From positions 26,926 to 90,925 of the forward strand of contig CAMBTM010000001.1 of NCBI GenBank assembly GCA_945870825.1: 64,000 nucleotides of DNA, in the 5' to 3' direction. Both the position numbers and the translations under genes were made by a program. This document shows, piece after piece, positions 50,389-61,713 of the stretch (position 1 is its first letter; every line of letters begins with the position of its first letter). Below the pieces are notes generated by a model, which had not been told where the DNA came from, did not search any database, and saw only the letters and a list, made by a program, of their open reading frames with translations. The stretch is from Rhizobium sp. Q54. Its GTDB lineage: Bacteria > Pseudomonadota > Alphaproteobacteria > UBA7879 > VGCX01.

Positions 50389-50864
50389 TGAAATTCCATC
50401 AGACATCCTTCTCCCTCACCCTTTTCCTCACATGGTTTGGACTTGGAAAACTTCCCAAAATGCCAGGCACATGGGGGTCCCTTGGTGCGTTACCGTTGAT
50501 TTGGCTCTTACACGATTCTCTGCCTCTTTCTATCACAGTTATCATCGGCCTCTTTGTCTTAAGCTGGATTGCCATTGCCTTTTATATAAAAGATACAAAA
50601 ATCCAAGACCCTCAAGAGATTGTCATTGATGAAGTGATTGGCCAGTGGATCGCCCTTCTAGGGGCCCCTCAAAGCGTAGGGTGGTTTACGGTTGGTTTTA
50701 TATTATTCCGGTTTTTCGATATCGTGAAGCCCTTCCCCGTTTCCTGGGCAGACAATTTAAAGGGATCCCTTCCTGTTCAATCCCTTGGTATTTTACTCGA
50801 TGATCTGTTGGCAGGACTTATGGCACTGGGCGTTTTGAACATATTGCTTTATTTTTTAGCGTAA
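50385..50864 (+). CDS. pgpA: Phosphatidylglycerophosphatase A
   Basis: FGLGKLPKMPGTWGSL motif. ATGA overlap with the mazF stop. Confidence 0.8.
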   Translation: MMKFHQTSFSLTLFLTWFGLGKLPKMPGTWGSLGALPLIWLLHDSLPLSITVIIGLFVLSWIAIAFYIKDTKIQDPQEIVIDEVIGQWIALLGAPQSVGWFTVGFILFRFFDIVKPFPVSWADNLKGSLPVQSLGILLDDLLAGLMALGVLNILLYFLA

Positions 50865-51279
50865 AAGCCCGCTTTTCAAAGGCCTCCATCAAATGGCTAA
50901 TCCCCTCTTGGAAAAAGGTCTCCATCACCTTTTGAAGAAAGCCGGACCGAAAGGCAAAATCAATAAAAAACTCCACCTCCGTCTCGTTTTCAGAAAGAGG
51001 AACAAAATGCCAATAGTTTTTTAAATGCTGAAAAGGGCCCTGTTCATAAACAACCTCAATATAGGTCTCCGGCGTCAACAACACCTTTGAAGTATAACTT
51101 TCTTTAAAGACGCCGTAGCCGATCGTCAGTTGCGCTCGAAGACTCCCCTCCCCTTTTTCCAAAATCTCTGCAGCCATACAGCCTGGCAAAAAAGTTGGGT
51201 AAGACTGAACATCTGCCACAATGGCATAAAGATGATCTGCCCCGTAGGGAAGGATTTTTTTATCGTGGAAATGACAACT
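50818..51279 (-). CDS. ratA: SRPBCC-family protein (RatA/COQ10-like)
   Basis: Polyketide_cyc2-like sequence. Conserved position next to lipA in alphaproteobacteria. The start is uncertain, with Mets at 51333, 51324 and 51279. Confidence 0.65.
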   Translation of the reverse strand, partial: SCHFHDKKILPYGADHLYAIVADVQSYPTFLPGCMAAEILEKGEGSLRAQLTIGYGVFKESYTSKVLLTPETYIEVVYEQGPFQHLKNYWHFVPLSENETEVEFFIDFAFRSGFLQKVMETFFQEGISHLMEAFEKRAFTLKNKAICSKRPVP

Positions 51280-52162
51280 CATCTGTTTTTCCCATCCGGG
51301 CGATTTGGAGTTTCTTGAAGTCATCGCCAGCATGATAAGACGACCGCGTTAAGGGGGAGGCTGAAACCATCAAAAACCCTTTCCCGCGGGCCATACGCTC
51401 ATATTCCATAAATTCCGCTGGGTCCACAAACCGCATGACCTCATGATGATTAGGTGTTGGACGCAGATATTGACCAATGGTCATAAAGTCCACGTCTGCA
51501 CTGCGCAAATCATCCATCACCTGAAAAATCTCGCCCTTGTCTTCCCCAAGCCCCACCATGACCCCCGACTTTGTAAAGATGGAAGGGTCTAACTCTTTAA
51601 CGCGTTTAAGCAAAGATAATGAATGGAAATATCGGGCCCCTGGCCGGACACTCCGGTAAAGCCGAGGCACCGTTTCCAAATTGTGATTATAAACATCAGG
51701 CCGGGCTGCCACGACTTTTTCCAAGGCCCCATCTTTGCGTAAAAAATCTGGGGTTAAGACTTCAATGGTTGTCGTTGGTGAGGCTTGTCGAATGGCCTGA
51801 ATGGTTTGGGCAAAATGTTCTGCCCCCCCATCATCCAAATCATCTCGGTCAACAGAAGTGATCACCACGTGAGAAAGTCCCAAGGTGGATAGAGCCGCCG
51901 CCACCCGTTCAGGCTCATGGGGATCCAACAAATCAGGTCGCCCCGTTTTGATATTGCAAAAAGCACAAGCCCTGGTACAAACACTGCCTAAAATCATGAT
52001 GGTTGCGTGTTTCTTAGCCCAACATTCCCCAATATTAGGGCATGCCGCTTCTTCACAAACGGTGTGTAACTTAGACAAGCGCATCAGATCCCGTGTTTCA
52101 TTATATTCTTTCGAAACAGGGGCTTTGACCCGAAGCCAGGATGGTTTTGGAAGTATCGTCAT
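51260..52162 (-). CDS. lipA: Lipoyl synthase
   Basis: [12 protein letters not shown] and radical-SAM CAFCNIK motifs. Confidence 0.95.
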   Translation of the reverse strand: MTILPKPSWLRVKAPVSKEYNETRDLMRLSKLHTVCEEAACPNIGECWAKKHATIMILGSVCTRACAFCNIKTGRPDLLDPHEPERVAAALSTLGLSHVVITSVDRDDLDDGGAEHFAQTIQAIRQASPTTTIEVLTPDFLRKDGALEKVVAARPDVYNHNLETVPRLYRSVRPGARYFHSLSLLKRVKELDPSIFTKSGVMVGLGEDKGEIFQVMDDLRSADVDFMTIGQYLRPTPNHHEVMRFVDPAEFMEYERMARGKGFLMVSASPLTRSSYHAGDDFKKLQIARMGKTDELSFPR

Positions 52163-52168
52163 ATGTCC

Positions 52169-53560
52169 CTAAAAATGAATAACGCGACCATAGGCGTCCA
52201 AAACCGATTCATGCATCATTTCAGACAAGGTGGGATGGGCAAAAATTGTTTGCATCAATTCCGCCTCCGTTGTTTCCAATGTCTTTGCGATCACATACCC
52301 TTGAATCAATTCTGTGGCCTCAGCACCAACAAGGTGCGCCCCCAAAAGCTCGCCCGTTTTTTCATCAAAAATAGTCTTAATGAACCCTTCAGCTTCCCCC
52401 AAGGCAATGGCCTTGCCGTTTCCTTGATAGGGAAAACGCCCGACTTTGATTTTAAGACCTTTATCTTTTGCCGCTTGCTCGGTTAATCCAATGCTCGCTA
52501 CCTGAGGCAAGGAATAAGTACATCCTGGAATATTAGATCTAGACAATGTGTGGCTTGCAAACCCTGTGATCTTTTCAACACATAGAATCCCTTCATGACT
52601 GGCCTTGTGGGCAAGCCACGGGGCCCCAGCCACGTCACCAATGGCATAAAGACCTTTTTCAGCCGTTGCACAAAAGGCATCAACCTGCAGCTGGCCTTTT
52701 TCAACTTTAGCCTTTGTATTTTCAAGGCCCAAGCTTTCGATATTGCCCTGAATACCCACCGCCACGATCACCCGGTCTACCTCAAGGGTATGGGTTTTAC
52801 CCTGCTGTTCAAAGGTTGCCGTTACTGAATTTTTATTCTTCTTCAAACCTTTGACTGTCGCATTGGTCTCAATGGTCATGCCTTGTTTTTCAAAAGATTT
52901 CCGCATAAAGGCTGAAACCTCCGCATCTTCCACAGGTAAAATCCTGTCTTGCACCTCAACGATGGTAACCTTGGTCCCAAGGGTTTGATAAAAACTCGCG
53001 AACTCCACGCCAATGGCGCCAGAGCCAACCACCAAAAGTGAGCCCGGCAACGTTACAGGCGTCATAGCCTCTTTCGATGTCCAAATCAGGTGACCGTCAG
53101 GTTCAAGCCCAGGGAGAATCCGAGGCCTTGCCCCTGTTGCTAAAATGATATGGGGGGCCTTCAGGTTGTGGATTTTACCATTCGGTTCTGTGACACAGAG
53201 TTTCCCTGATCCTTCCAGCTTCCCCTGCCCCATGAAAACCGTAATTTTGTTTTTCTTCATCAAGTGACTAATGCCACCAGCCAACTGCTGGGCAATGGAC
53301 CGGGACCTCTCCACAATTTTCTTCAAATCAATTTGGACATCACTGACTTTTAACCCAAAGTGACTAGCTGAACGAATCAGGTGGTAAATCTCTGCCGACT
53401 GCAATAACGCCTTGGTCGGGATGCATCCCCAATTTAAGCAAATGCCCCCTAAATGTTCCTTTTCCACAATCGCTGTCTTAAGGCCTAACTGGGCACCACG
53501 AATGGCTGCCACATAGCCCCCTGGCCCTGCACCTACGACAATAAGGTCAAATGTATCCAT
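52169..53560 (-). CDS. lpdA: Dihydrolipoyl dehydrogenase (E3)
   Basis: FAD motif GAGPGGYVAA and redox-active GGICLNWGCIPTK. Confidence 0.92.
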   Translation of the reverse strand: MDTFDLIVVGAGPGGYVAAIRGAQLGLKTAIVEKEHLGGICLNWGCIPTKALLQSAEIYHLIRSASHFGLKVSDVQIDLKKIVERSRSIAQQLAGGISHLMKKNKITVFMGQGKLEGSGKLCVTEPNGKIHNLKAPHIILATGARPRILPGLEPDGHLIWTSKEAMTPVTLPGSLLVVGSGAIGVEFASFYQTLGTKVTIVEVQDRILPVEDAEVSAFMRKSFEKQGMTIETNATVKGLKKNKNSVTATFEQQGKTHTLEVDRVIVAVGIQGNIESLGLENTKAKVEKGQLQVDAFCATAEKGLYAIGDVAGAPWLAHKASHEGILCVEKITGFASHTLSRSNIPGCTYSLPQVASIGLTEQAAKDKGLKIKVGRFPYQGNGKAIALGEAEGFIKTIFDEKTGELLGAHLVGAEATELIQGYVIAKTLETTEAELMQTIFAHPTLSEMMHESVLDAYGRVIHF

Positions 53561-54762
53561 TATATTAATCCTTTCGCCATCATCTTCCAGGGATTTTCTA
53601 GATAATCCTTGATGGTTCCCAACAATTCCGCAGCTACTTTGCCATCCACCACCCGGTGATCCACCGACAAAGTGCAGGTCATCATGGTTTGAATCTTGAT
53701 TGCTCCGTCTTTAACAACAGGTCTTGATTCCCCAGCGCCAACAGCCAAAATGCAGGCTTGGGGGGGATTAATGATAGCGTTGAAACTTTGAATGCCATAC
53801 ATGCCAAGATTAGAAATACTAAAACTGCCCCCTTGGAATTCCTCTGGCGTCAGCCGACCCTCGTGGGCTTTTTTGACCAAAACTTTCACGTCATCTGAAA
53901 TGTGCACAATAGTCTTCAGGTCCGCATTTTTTACAATCGGGGTAATAAGTCCCCCTTCAATAGCCACTGCAATTGAAATATCCGCCCGGTTATAATAACG
54001 GATCTGGTCATTACCAATCCAAGACGCATTCGCTTCTGGATGATCTTTCAACGCAAAGGCAGAAGCCCAAATGACAAAATCGTTCACGGTTAATTTTTTG
54101 CCTTGAGCCCCAAGACTCTCATTCAGGCTTTTTCTCGCCTCCAAAAGAGCTTCGATATTGCAATCAACGGTAAGATAAAAATGCGGGACCGTTTGCTTGG
54201 ATTCCACCAACCGTTCGGCAATAACACGGCGCATGGTGGATAGCGGCACATCTTGAAACGCTGGGCCAGCATCTTGGCGGCCATTAAACCCTTCCACGTC
54301 ACGTTTAATGATCCGCCCATAAGGGCCTGATCCTTGAATTGTTCCCAAAGAAATATTGTTTTGAAGGGCAATACGTTTCGCCAAAGGACTGGCAACAATA
54401 CGATTACTCGTTGATGGAACAGTGGGTACTTGGGGCACTGACTTTGTCTCAATGGGTTTTGGTGCTTCTTTCACGACTGGGACATTAATAGCAGAAAGAT
54501 CGATATCACTGGCCGTTTCGCCCTCTTCCAGCAGAAAACCAATGACTGCATTCACATCCACATTGTGGGTTCCGTCTGGTACGACAATTTTTCCCAAGAC
54601 CCCCTCATCAACGGCCTCGACTTCCATGGTGGCTTTGTCCGTTTCAATTTCAACCAACAGGTCGCCAGAAACAATAAGGTCCCCCTCTTTCTTATGCCAT
54701 TTCGCAAGGGTTCCTTTAGTCATGGTCGGCGATAAGGCTGGCATCAAAATCTTGATGGGCAT
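53560..54762 (-). CDS. pdhC: Pyruvate dehydrogenase complex dihydrolipoamide acetyltransferase (E2)
   Basis: Lipoyl domain ETDKATMEVEA, subunit-binding domain and catalytic DHRVVDG. Confidence 0.9.
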   Translation of the reverse strand: MPIKILMPALSPTMTKGTLAKWHKKEGDLIVSGDLLVEIETDKATMEVEAVDEGVLGKIVVPDGTHNVDVNAVIGFLLEEGETASDIDLSAINVPVVKEAPKPIETKSVPQVPTVPSTSNRIVASPLAKRIALQNNISLGTIQGSGPYGRIIKRDVEGFNGRQDAGPAFQDVPLSTMRRVIAERLVESKQTVPHFYLTVDCNIEALLEARKSLNESLGAQGKKLTVNDFVIWASAFALKDHPEANASWIGNDQIRYYNRADISIAVAIEGGLITPIVKNADLKTIVHISDDVKVLVKKAHEGRLTPEEFQGGSFSISNLGMYGIQSFNAIINPPQACILAVGAGESRPVVKDGAIKIQTMMTCTLSVDHRVVDGKVAAELLGTIKDYLENPWKMMAKGLI

Positions 54763-54776
54763 GGTTGTGTCTCCCT

Positions 54777-55760
54777 TTAGTTTTTATAACATACTTTACG
54801 AATGGCTGCCGTGATATCGTCCACTTGGGGGATCGCCAATCGTTCTAGGTTAGCCGCATAAGGAAGGGGCACGTCTTTTCCCGTCACCCGCTCAAGAGGA
54901 GCGTCCAAAAAGTCAAAGGCGTGGGTCATGACTTGGGCCGCAATTTCAGCGCCAATTCCTGACTGGGGCCAGCCTTCTTCCACTGTCACGATACGGTTTG
55001 TTTTTTGGATAGAGGCCACGATGGTGTCGATGTCCAAAGGACGGAGGGTGCGAAGATCTATCACCTCCACATTGACCCCCTGTGATGCTAAACGATCCGC
55101 TGCCTCTAACGCTTTTCCAACCGCCAACGAAAAAGTTACAATGGTCGCATCTGTTCCTTCACGCACAACAGAAGCTTTGCCCAACGGTACAATATAATCC
55201 GGATCATCCGGCACTTCAAAAGAACGCCCATACATCAATTCATTTTCAAGAAAAACCACAGGGTTGGGATCACGAATCGCAGACTTTAACAACCCCTTGG
55301 CATCCGCCGCACTATAAGGCGCCACGACTTTTATGCCTGGACAATGGCTGTACCAGCTAGCGAAACATTGGGAATGTTGGGCCCCAACACGAGACGCCAC
55401 CCCATTGGGGCCCCGAAACACGATAGGACATGTCATCTGCCCCCCTGACATGTAAAGAGTTTTAGCTGCCGAGTTGATAATATGATCAATCGCCTGCATG
55501 GAAAAGTTAAAGGTCATGAATTCCACAATGGGCTTCAACCCTTTAAACGCAGCACCCACACCAACCCCTGCAAAGCCATATTCTGTAATGGGTGTATCCA
55601 TCACACGTCCCTCACCAAATTCCTCCAGCAACCCCTGGGTTACCTTATAGGCCCCTTGATACTGGGCAACTTCTTCCCCCATGACAAAAACCTTGGGATC
55701 CCTCCGCATTTCTTCTGCCATGGCGTCGCGCAAGGCTTCTCTTACTGTTAATAGGGCCAT
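54777..55760 (-). CDS. pdhB: Pyruvate dehydrogenase E1 component beta subunit
   Basis: Transketolase-like pyrimidine-binding and C-terminal domains. 327 aa with no N-terminal lipoyl domain. Confidence 0.9.
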   Translation of the reverse strand: MALLTVREALRDAMAEEMRRDPKVFVMGEEVAQYQGAYKVTQGLLEEFGEGRVMDTPITEYGFAGVGVGAAFKGLKPIVEFMTFNFSMQAIDHIINSAAKTLYMSGGQMTCPIVFRGPNGVASRVGAQHSQCFASWYSHCPGIKVVAPYSAADAKGLLKSAIRDPNPVVFLENELMYGRSFEVPDDPDYIVPLGKASVVREGTDATIVTFSLAVGKALEAADRLASQGVNVEVIDLRTLRPLDIDTIVASIQKTNRIVTVEEGWPQSGIGAEIAAQVMTHAFDFLDAPLERVTGKDVPLPYAANLERLAIPQVDDITAAIRKVCYKN

Positions 55761-56749
55761 TGTTTATCCTCAATCAAAACATCTGTGTACAGTTCATGGG
55801 CTTCGGGTTCAGGAGAGGCCTCACAGAAATTCACAACTTCATCCATCTCTTGCTTGACCTTTTGTTCCAAGACCTTCAGTTCCGCTTCAGTTGCAACCCC
55901 ATGGGCCAGAAGATCTCTTTTGCAATTGGAAAGCGGGTCATTATCCTGCTTGATGGTATCGACTTCCTCTTTACTGCGGTATCGGCCAGGGTCCGACATG
56001 GAATGCCCCTTATACCGATACGTATCCATCTCAAGAATATAAGGGCCTTTCCCAGCGCGAATGTGGGCCAGCGCCTTTTCAGTTGCCGTCTGCACATCAA
56101 AAAGATCCATCCCATTTACCAATTCACCGGGGATATTAAACCCAGCGCCCCGTGAATAAAAGTGATCCGTGGCAGAATGGCGAGCAACGGATGTTCCCAT
56201 ACTGTAATGGTTGTTTTCGATAATATAAAGAATGGGAAGTTTCCACAAAGACGCCATGTTATAGGCCTCATACACTTGCCCTTGGTTCGCTGCCCCGTCC
56301 CCAAAGTAAGCAAAGACAACCCCACCATCATTTTCATACTTGTGGGCTAATGCGAGACCTGTCCCCAAAGGCACCTGGGCACCAACAATTCCGTGCCCCC
56401 CATAAAACGTCTTCTCTTTGGAAAACATGTGCATAGATCCACCCTTGCCCTTAGAAAGACCGTCAATGCGTCCCATGAGTTCGGCTAAAACACCCCGAGG
56501 GTCCAATCCACACGCAATCATATGCCCATGGTCCCGGTATCCCGTAATAACGCTATCACCTTCTTTGGCCAAACTTTGGATCCCTGTGACGACAGCCTCT
56601 TGACCAATATAAAGGTGGCAAAACCCAGCGATTTTCCCCATGCCATACAGCTGACCTGATTTTTCTTCAAGACGCCGGATCAACAGCATCTCATAGTAAA
56701 GCTTCAAAAGCTGTTCTTTGCTTTGACCGCGCAGTTTGTTTTTCATCAT
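55748..56749 (-). CDS. pdhA: Pyruvate dehydrogenase E1 component alpha subunit
   Basis: TPP-binding motif GDGAANQG and the phosphorylation-loop region. Confidence 0.9.
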   Translation of the reverse strand: MMKNKLRGQSKEQLLKLYYEMLLIRRLEEKSGQLYGMGKIAGFCHLYIGQEAVVTGIQSLAKEGDSVITGYRDHGHMIACGLDPRGVLAELMGRIDGLSKGKGGSMHMFSKEKTFYGGHGIVGAQVPLGTGLALAHKYENDGGVVFAYFGDGAANQGQVYEAYNMASLWKLPILYIIENNHYSMGTSVARHSATDHFYSRGAGFNIPGELVNGMDLFDVQTATEKALAHIRAGKGPYILEMDTYRYKGHSMSDPGRYRSKEEVDTIKQDNDPLSNCKRDLLAHGVATEAELKVLEQKVKQEMDEVVNFCEASPEPEAHELYTDVLIEDKQWPY

Positions 56750-56754
56750 CGTCC

Positions 56755-58218
56755 CTACAGCTTTTTCTTCAAAATATCATTGGTCATCTGGGGGTTGGCC
56801 TTCCCGCCCGTCACTTTCATGACTTGGCCCACAAAAAATCCAAAGAGTTTATCTTTGCCCGAGCGGTACTGTTCCACCATCTGAGGATTATCCCCTAACA
56901 CCTTGTCTATGATCCCTTCAAGTTCCCCAGCGTCACTCATCTGGACTAACCCTTTTTCAGAAACAATAACCGAAGCCTCTTTGCCACTTTGCCACATATC
57001 TTCAAGAACATCCTTGGCGGTACGTCCTGAAATCTGCCCTTCACCAATAAGATTTAAAAGACCAGCCAACTGTTGCGGCCCAATGGGGGAATCAACTATA
57101 GACAAATTGTGTTCCTTCAAAAGGGCAAAAAGTTCCCCTGATACCCAGTTGGATGCCATCTTGGCCCCGTCTTTTTTTGCCAAATGGGTAACAACTGCTT
57201 CATAATACAAAGGCGTTTCCATATCCGATACCAACACCGTCGCATCATACAAAGAAAGCCCATAGTCCTTCATGAACCGTGCCCGCTTTTGCCCTGGAAG
57301 CTCCGGAAGACCTCCCTTAATCTCATTCACATAATCCTGCGTCAGCATAACTGGCAAAAGATCTGGATCTGGAAAATACCGATAATCAGGCGCATCTTCT
57401 TTACTGCGCATAGACCGGGTTGTGACCGTTGAGGCATCGAAAAGACGGGTTTCTTGATCAATCGCCCCCCCACTTTCAAGAAGGGTAATTTGACGGTTCA
57501 CCTCATAATCAATGGCTTGGCCGATAAACCGAATGGAGTTCACATTTTTAATCTCAGCCCGAGTCCCAAAAGGGGTCCCTGGACGGTGGACTGAAACGTT
57601 CACATCAGCCCTGAGACTGCCTTCATCCATGTTGGCATCGCTGGAACCAAGGTAGCGCAAGATAAGCCGTAGCTTTTTGACAAAGTCCATGGCCTCGTCG
57701 GCACTGCGCATATCAGGCTTTGTCACAATTTCCATTAACGCCGTCCCGCATCGATTCAAATCAATCAAAGACTTATCGGGGTGCACATCATGGATACTTT
57801 TTCCAGCATCTTGTTCAAGATGAATCCGTTCGATCCGGACCCGCTTGGTGGTCTCATCCGCCAAGTCGATATCGAGATATCCCTCCCCCACAATAGGGTG
57901 ATAAAACTGGCTAATTTGATACCCCTGAGGCAAGTCCGCATAGAAATAGTTTTTACGGTCAAAAACAGAATAAAGATTAATTTGGGCATTCAGCGCAAGC
58001 CCCGTCTTTACCGCTTGTTCTAAACATACTTCATTCAAGACAGGCAGCATCCCAGGCATCGCCGCATCGACCAATGACACCTTGGTATTGGGTTCTGCTG
58101 CAAAAGATGTGGCAGCACCTGAAAAAAGCTTGGTTTTGGATTTGACTTGGGTATGGACCTCAAGACCAATAATGACTTCCCAGTCGCCTGTTGCCGTTGT
58201 TATCAATGTGTTGATCAT
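56755..58218 (-). CDS. gatB: Asp/Glu-tRNA amidotransferase subunit B
   Basis: Conserved GatB N-terminus [12 protein letters not shown]. Confidence 0.95.
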   Translation of the reverse strand: MINTLITTATGDWEVIIGLEVHTQVKSKTKLFSGAATSFAAEPNTKVSLVDAAMPGMLPVLNEVCLEQAVKTGLALNAQINLYSVFDRKNYFYADLPQGYQISQFYHPIVGEGYLDIDLADETTKRVRIERIHLEQDAGKSIHDVHPDKSLIDLNRCGTALMEIVTKPDMRSADEAMDFVKKLRLILRYLGSSDANMDEGSLRADVNVSVHRPGTPFGTRAEIKNVNSIRFIGQAIDYEVNRQITLLESGGAIDQETRLFDASTVTTRSMRSKEDAPDYRYFPDPDLLPVMLTQDYVNEIKGGLPELPGQKRARFMKDYGLSLYDATVLVSDMETPLYYEAVVTHLAKKDGAKMASNWVSGELFALLKEHNLSIVDSPIGPQQLAGLLNLIGEGQISGRTAKDVLEDMWQSGKEASVIVSEKGLVQMSDAGELEGIIDKVLGDNPQMVEQYRSGKDKLFGFFVGQVMKVTGGKANPQMTNDILKKKL

Positions 58219-59678
58219 TGTCCAATCCCCTTAAACTGGGCCGCTTGTTCCACCACGCTTGCAAACTGGAAGAGACGTTCTTCCTGAAGTGCAGGGCCGA
58301 TAAATTGCATCCCGATGGGAAGCCCCTCATTGGACAACCCCACAGGTACAGAAATCGCCGGTAATCCCGCCAAATTCGTCGATACCGTAAAGACGTCTTG
58401 CAAATACATGGCAAGCGGATCCGTGATATTTTCCCCAACCTTAAAGGCCGTATTAGCGGTGGTGGGTGCTAAAATCACATCCACTTTTTTATACGCTTGC
58501 GTAAAGTCATCGGTCACCCGTTGGCGCACGCGCTGTGCCCTTAAATAATAGTCTTCGTATTTGCCGGAAGACAGCACATAGGTCCCAATTAAAATCCGGC
58601 GCTTCACCTCGTCCCCAAACCCTTCTGTTCTGGTCTTGGCGTAAAGATCATCCAAACTGCCGCCTGGCACCCTAAGCCCGTACCGCACCCCGTCATAGCG
58701 TGCTAAGTTAGAGGACGCCTCCGCTGGCGCAATAATATAATAGGCCGGCAAAGCATACTTGGTATGAGGCAAAGAAATATCCAGAATCTCCGCCCCTGCG
58801 TCTTTCATCCACTGGATGGTTTTGTCCCACCATGCGGCAATTTCGGCATTCAACCCAGCGGGTCTATATTCCTTGGGAATCCCGACCTTCATGCCTTTAA
58901 TGCTTTGCCCCAGGGCTTTGGTATAGTCAGGCACCGTATAAACCAAAGACGTTGAATCCTTGGGGTCATGTCCTGCCATTTCACGAAGAACCAGTGATGC
59001 ATCTTCAACGGTCCGGGTAATAGGGCCTGCCTGGTCTAAAGAGGATGCAAAGGCAATAATGCCATACCTGGAACAAAGTCCATAGGTAGGCTTCATTCCC
59101 ACAACGCCGCAAAGTGCAGCCGGCTGACGGATGGACCCGCCCGTATCAGTTCCCAAAGCCCCAAGGGATGATAACCCCGCAACGCAGGCTGAAGAACCCC
59201 CTGAGGACCCCCCTGGGATCAAATCAGCGGTGTCGCCTTTGATTTTCCAAGGATTGATGCTCGGGCCAAAATGGCTTGTGATGGTGGATGATCCCATGGC
59301 AAATTCATCCAAGTTTGTCTTACCAAGCACAATGGCGCCCGCGTCTTGGAGGCGTTTCACAACCGTTGCCGTATAAGGTGGGATAAAATTTTCTAAAATT
59401 TTGGAACTGGCCGTTGTACGCATGCCTTCAACACAACAGTTGTCTTTCACAGCCAGAGGAAACCCTTCCAACGGCCGGGCAGTCCCTGACTGGATCCGTC
59501 TATCGGCTTCAGCTGCCTGATTTAACGCCTGATCAGTATATTCTGTGACGAAGGCATTCAAGGGCTGAGTCTGTGCCATACGTCTGACGTATTGCGTCAC
59601 AACGTCTTGAACAGTCACTGATTTGGACAATAGTTTCTGGCGTAGGGCCCCATAACTCAAGGCTACAAGATCTGTCAT
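58215..59678 (-). CDS. gatA: Asp/Glu-tRNA amidotransferase subunit A
   Basis: Amidase signature GGSSGGS and a Ser-cisSer-Lys triad region. Confidence 0.95.
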   Translation of the reverse strand: MTDLVALSYGALRQKLLSKSVTVQDVVTQYVRRMAQTQPLNAFVTEYTDQALNQAAEADRRIQSGTARPLEGFPLAVKDNCCVEGMRTTASSKILENFIPPYTATVVKRLQDAGAIVLGKTNLDEFAMGSSTITSHFGPSINPWKIKGDTADLIPGGSSGGSSACVAGLSSLGALGTDTGGSIRQPAALCGVVGMKPTYGLCSRYGIIAFASSLDQAGPITRTVEDASLVLREMAGHDPKDSTSLVYTVPDYTKALGQSIKGMKVGIPKEYRPAGLNAEIAAWWDKTIQWMKDAGAEILDISLPHTKYALPAYYIIAPAEASSNLARYDGVRYGLRVPGGSLDDLYAKTRTEGFGDEVKRRILIGTYVLSSGKYEDYYLRAQRVRQRVTDDFTQAYKKVDVILAPTTANTAFKVGENITDPLAMYLQDVFTVSTNLAGLPAISVPVGLSNEGLPIGMQFIGPALQEERLFQFASVVEQAAQFKGIGQ

Positions 59679-59689
59679 CTTTGATTTCC

Positions 59690-59989
59690 TTACTCAACAA
59701 CTTTTGGAACAGTAAAAGACCCATGTTGGGCCTCGGGGGCATTGGCCAAGATCTTATCCAGGCAATCCCCGTCATTGATTGTGTCATGGCGCAGTGGTGT
59801 TGTTTGGATGCCCATCTGGAGCAAAGGTGTTACCATGGGCGTGACACCCTCTATATCGACTTCGCGGAGTTGATCAATCCATCCAAAAACCTTGGTCAAC
59901 CGTTCACTGAACCCTTGCCGCTGATCTTCTGGAAGGGTAAGGCGCGCTAGACGCTCGATCCGTAAAATATCTTGCTTTTTAATTTCCAT
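59690..59989 (-). CDS. gatC: Asp/Glu-tRNA amidotransferase subunit C
   Basis: 99 aa GatC with C-terminal FTVPKVVE. Upstream of gatA. Confidence 0.8.
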   Translation of the reverse strand: MEIKKQDILRIERLARLTLPEDQRQGFSERLTKVFGWIDQLREVDIEGVTPMVTPLLQMGIQTTPLRHDTINDGDCLDKILANAPEAQHGSFTVPKVVE

Positions 59990-60108
59990 CGTCTTCGAGG
60001 ACTCCTTTAAAGATTAACAGCAAAATACCCTAAAACCATAAAATCTGTCTAGCATTCATATGCCATCTTCTGGAAAAATTAACATGTACAAGATTACATT
60101 CAGGGCCC

Positions 60109-60495
60109 TCAGCCCCTTTCCGCATCATCACAAAGACGGCGCAGCTCAGGGACATAGCCTTGGATTCTTTTAAATATCTGGTCCGCTAGTTGTTCATCGT
60201 AGGTATGGGAGGTCATATTACGATCCGTCAGCATTTGCACCCAAAGGGTTTCATTGTCGATCATACCAACGCTGAAAGCCTGCCCGATGACTTCTTTTGG
60301 ATAATTAAGGGCTATATCTTTTTCCAGGAAAAAATCCTTAAGAAACTTCCAACACAGCTCAAAGGTGAATTCAAATCGTTGAATGGTGGCATCTATATTA
60401 GAACGATCTTTCCGCGGGAGTTGCAGATAGATAGCCTCAAGCGATGTCAGAGCCTTTTTAAACTTTTCAAACTTAATGTGTGTTTTATCTTTCAT
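60109..60495 (-). CDS. hepT: HepT-like (HI0074 family) nucleotidyltransferase-substrate-binding toxin
   Basis: 128 aa helical protein with the conserved RNMTSHTY (Rx4HxY) motif. Overlaps the MNT gene by 11 nt. Confidence 0.75.
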   Translation of the reverse strand: MKDKTHIKFEKFKKALTSLEAIYLQLPRKDRSNIDATIQRFEFTFELCWKFLKDFFLEKDIALNYPKEVIGQAFSVGMIDNETLWVQMLTDRNMTSHTYDEQLADQIFKRIQGYVPELRRLCDDAERG

Positions 60496-60769
60496 AGATC
60501 ACCTTTTTATCTGTCACAATATTTTGTCTCAATTGGCTGTCTACCGGCAGTTTATCAAATCTCACACAATCGATTTTAAGTAACGTATCGGCATTTTCGA
60601 TAATGGTTGAAATTTCCAGCCATTGTGCATCCGTTGCGGTTGGACAAACCACAGCCAAGTCTATATCAGCGCGTGCGGCATTGTCATTTCGTGCCCTTGA
60701 ACCAAAAAGCCACAGGGCGTCAACCCAGGGCAATAATTGCAATTGTTTGATAAATTTGTAATTTTTCAT
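60485..60769 (-). CDS. mntA: MNT-type minimal nucleotidyltransferase antitoxin (HI0073 family)
   Basis: GSRARNDNAARADIDL (GS...DxD) nucleotidyltransferase motif. Confidence 0.75.
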   Translation of the reverse strand: MKNYKFIKQLQLLPWVDALWLFGSRARNDNAARADIDLAVVCPTATDAQWLEISTIIENADTLLKIDCVRFDKLPVDSQLRQNIVTDKKVIYER

Positions 60770-60849
60770 AAGTTATCCATAACGAGAGTCTACTCTACCG
60801 CGCCTTCACTTTTTTGTCACTTTTCATTATTGTGTGACTTCAACTAAGT

Positions 60850-61713
60850 CTATGCTACGTGACGGCACAAAAGACCCGTTGCTAAGACAAAAGAAACTTT
60901 CTTCTTCTTTTGTTTTTTAATCCAGGCGCCCAATTTTTTCAGGGGATTTTTGTGTAATGCCTGAACTAAAATCTCTGGGCCAACTTTCAGATAAAGGGCC
61001 AAAACCTTTTGGGAAATCTCTGACCCCATGCCATGTTCTGCTGTATCCAGAAACACAAGCCCCCGGTGTTTCACGTGAAGAATTAAAGCTTCTGCAAATT
61101 CTGGGTTATTCGGAAAAGTGCCCATCACGCCCATAATATGGGACTTTCCTTGCAACAGCTTGTCCAAATAGTCCCCCAATTCTTTAGAAGAAAGAGCGGG
61201 ATCTAAAGGAGGAAGAGCCAGAAAAATACTGTGCCCGTGCGCTGCAGCCCAAGCATGAACTGTCTCATAGGTTTTCTCATCAACGGCCAGGGTTAAGGGT
61301 ACATCTAACTTCTCCAAAGTCTCCAGGTCAAAAGGTGAAACGGTCTTGGTACCATCCACAACAATAGAAACTGCCGGCCCTGACCAGACACATTGTTTTA
61401 ACGGCCATTGCCAATAAGGGAATGTATGACCTGGATTTTCCAGCATTTTATAAAGTTGGACAACTTCGGCGTCAGAAAAAATATCATCCATAATGGATTC
61501 TTCATTGCCTTCATCCCCCAAAGAGGGGATTTCTTGTGGTTCTTCCACCACCGTTGGTTCTATGATTTTTTCTACGGGAGATTGCGGATAAAGAAAATAA
61601 TAGCCTCCCAATACCATGAACGTCATGACAACAACAATAAACATAACAATAGGGGAGAAATGTCTTTGGGACTTTTTTGTTTGAACACTATGGGGCAGGC
61701 GACGTTGCTTCAT
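60850..61713 (-). CDS. Divergent polysaccharide deacetylase family protein (YibQ-like) with N-terminal TM anchor
   Basis: N-terminal TM segment, proline-rich linker and a C-terminal domain resembling the divergent PGDA/YibQ family. Assigned by eye only. Confidence 0.5.
   Translation of the reverse strand: MKQRRLPHSVQTKKSQRHFSPIVMFIVVVMTFMVLGGYYFLYPQSPVEKIIEPTVVEEPQEIPSLGDEGNEESIMDDIFSDAEVVQLYKMLENPGHTFPYWQWPLKQCVWSGPAVSIVVDGTKTVSPFDLETLEKLDVPLTLAVDEKTYETVHAWAAAHGHSIFLALPPLDPALSSKELGDYLDKLLQGKSHIMGVMGTFPNNPEFAEALILHVKHRGLVFLDTAEHGMGSEISQKVLALYLKVGPEILVQALHKNPLKKLGAWIKKQKKKKVSFVLATGLLCRHVA

Noticed and set aside
54777-55760. pdhB lacking an N-terminal lipoyl domain
   Set aside because: Many alphaproteobacterial E1-beta subunits have only the core and omit the lipoyl extension, so the 327-aa form is normal and not a truncation.
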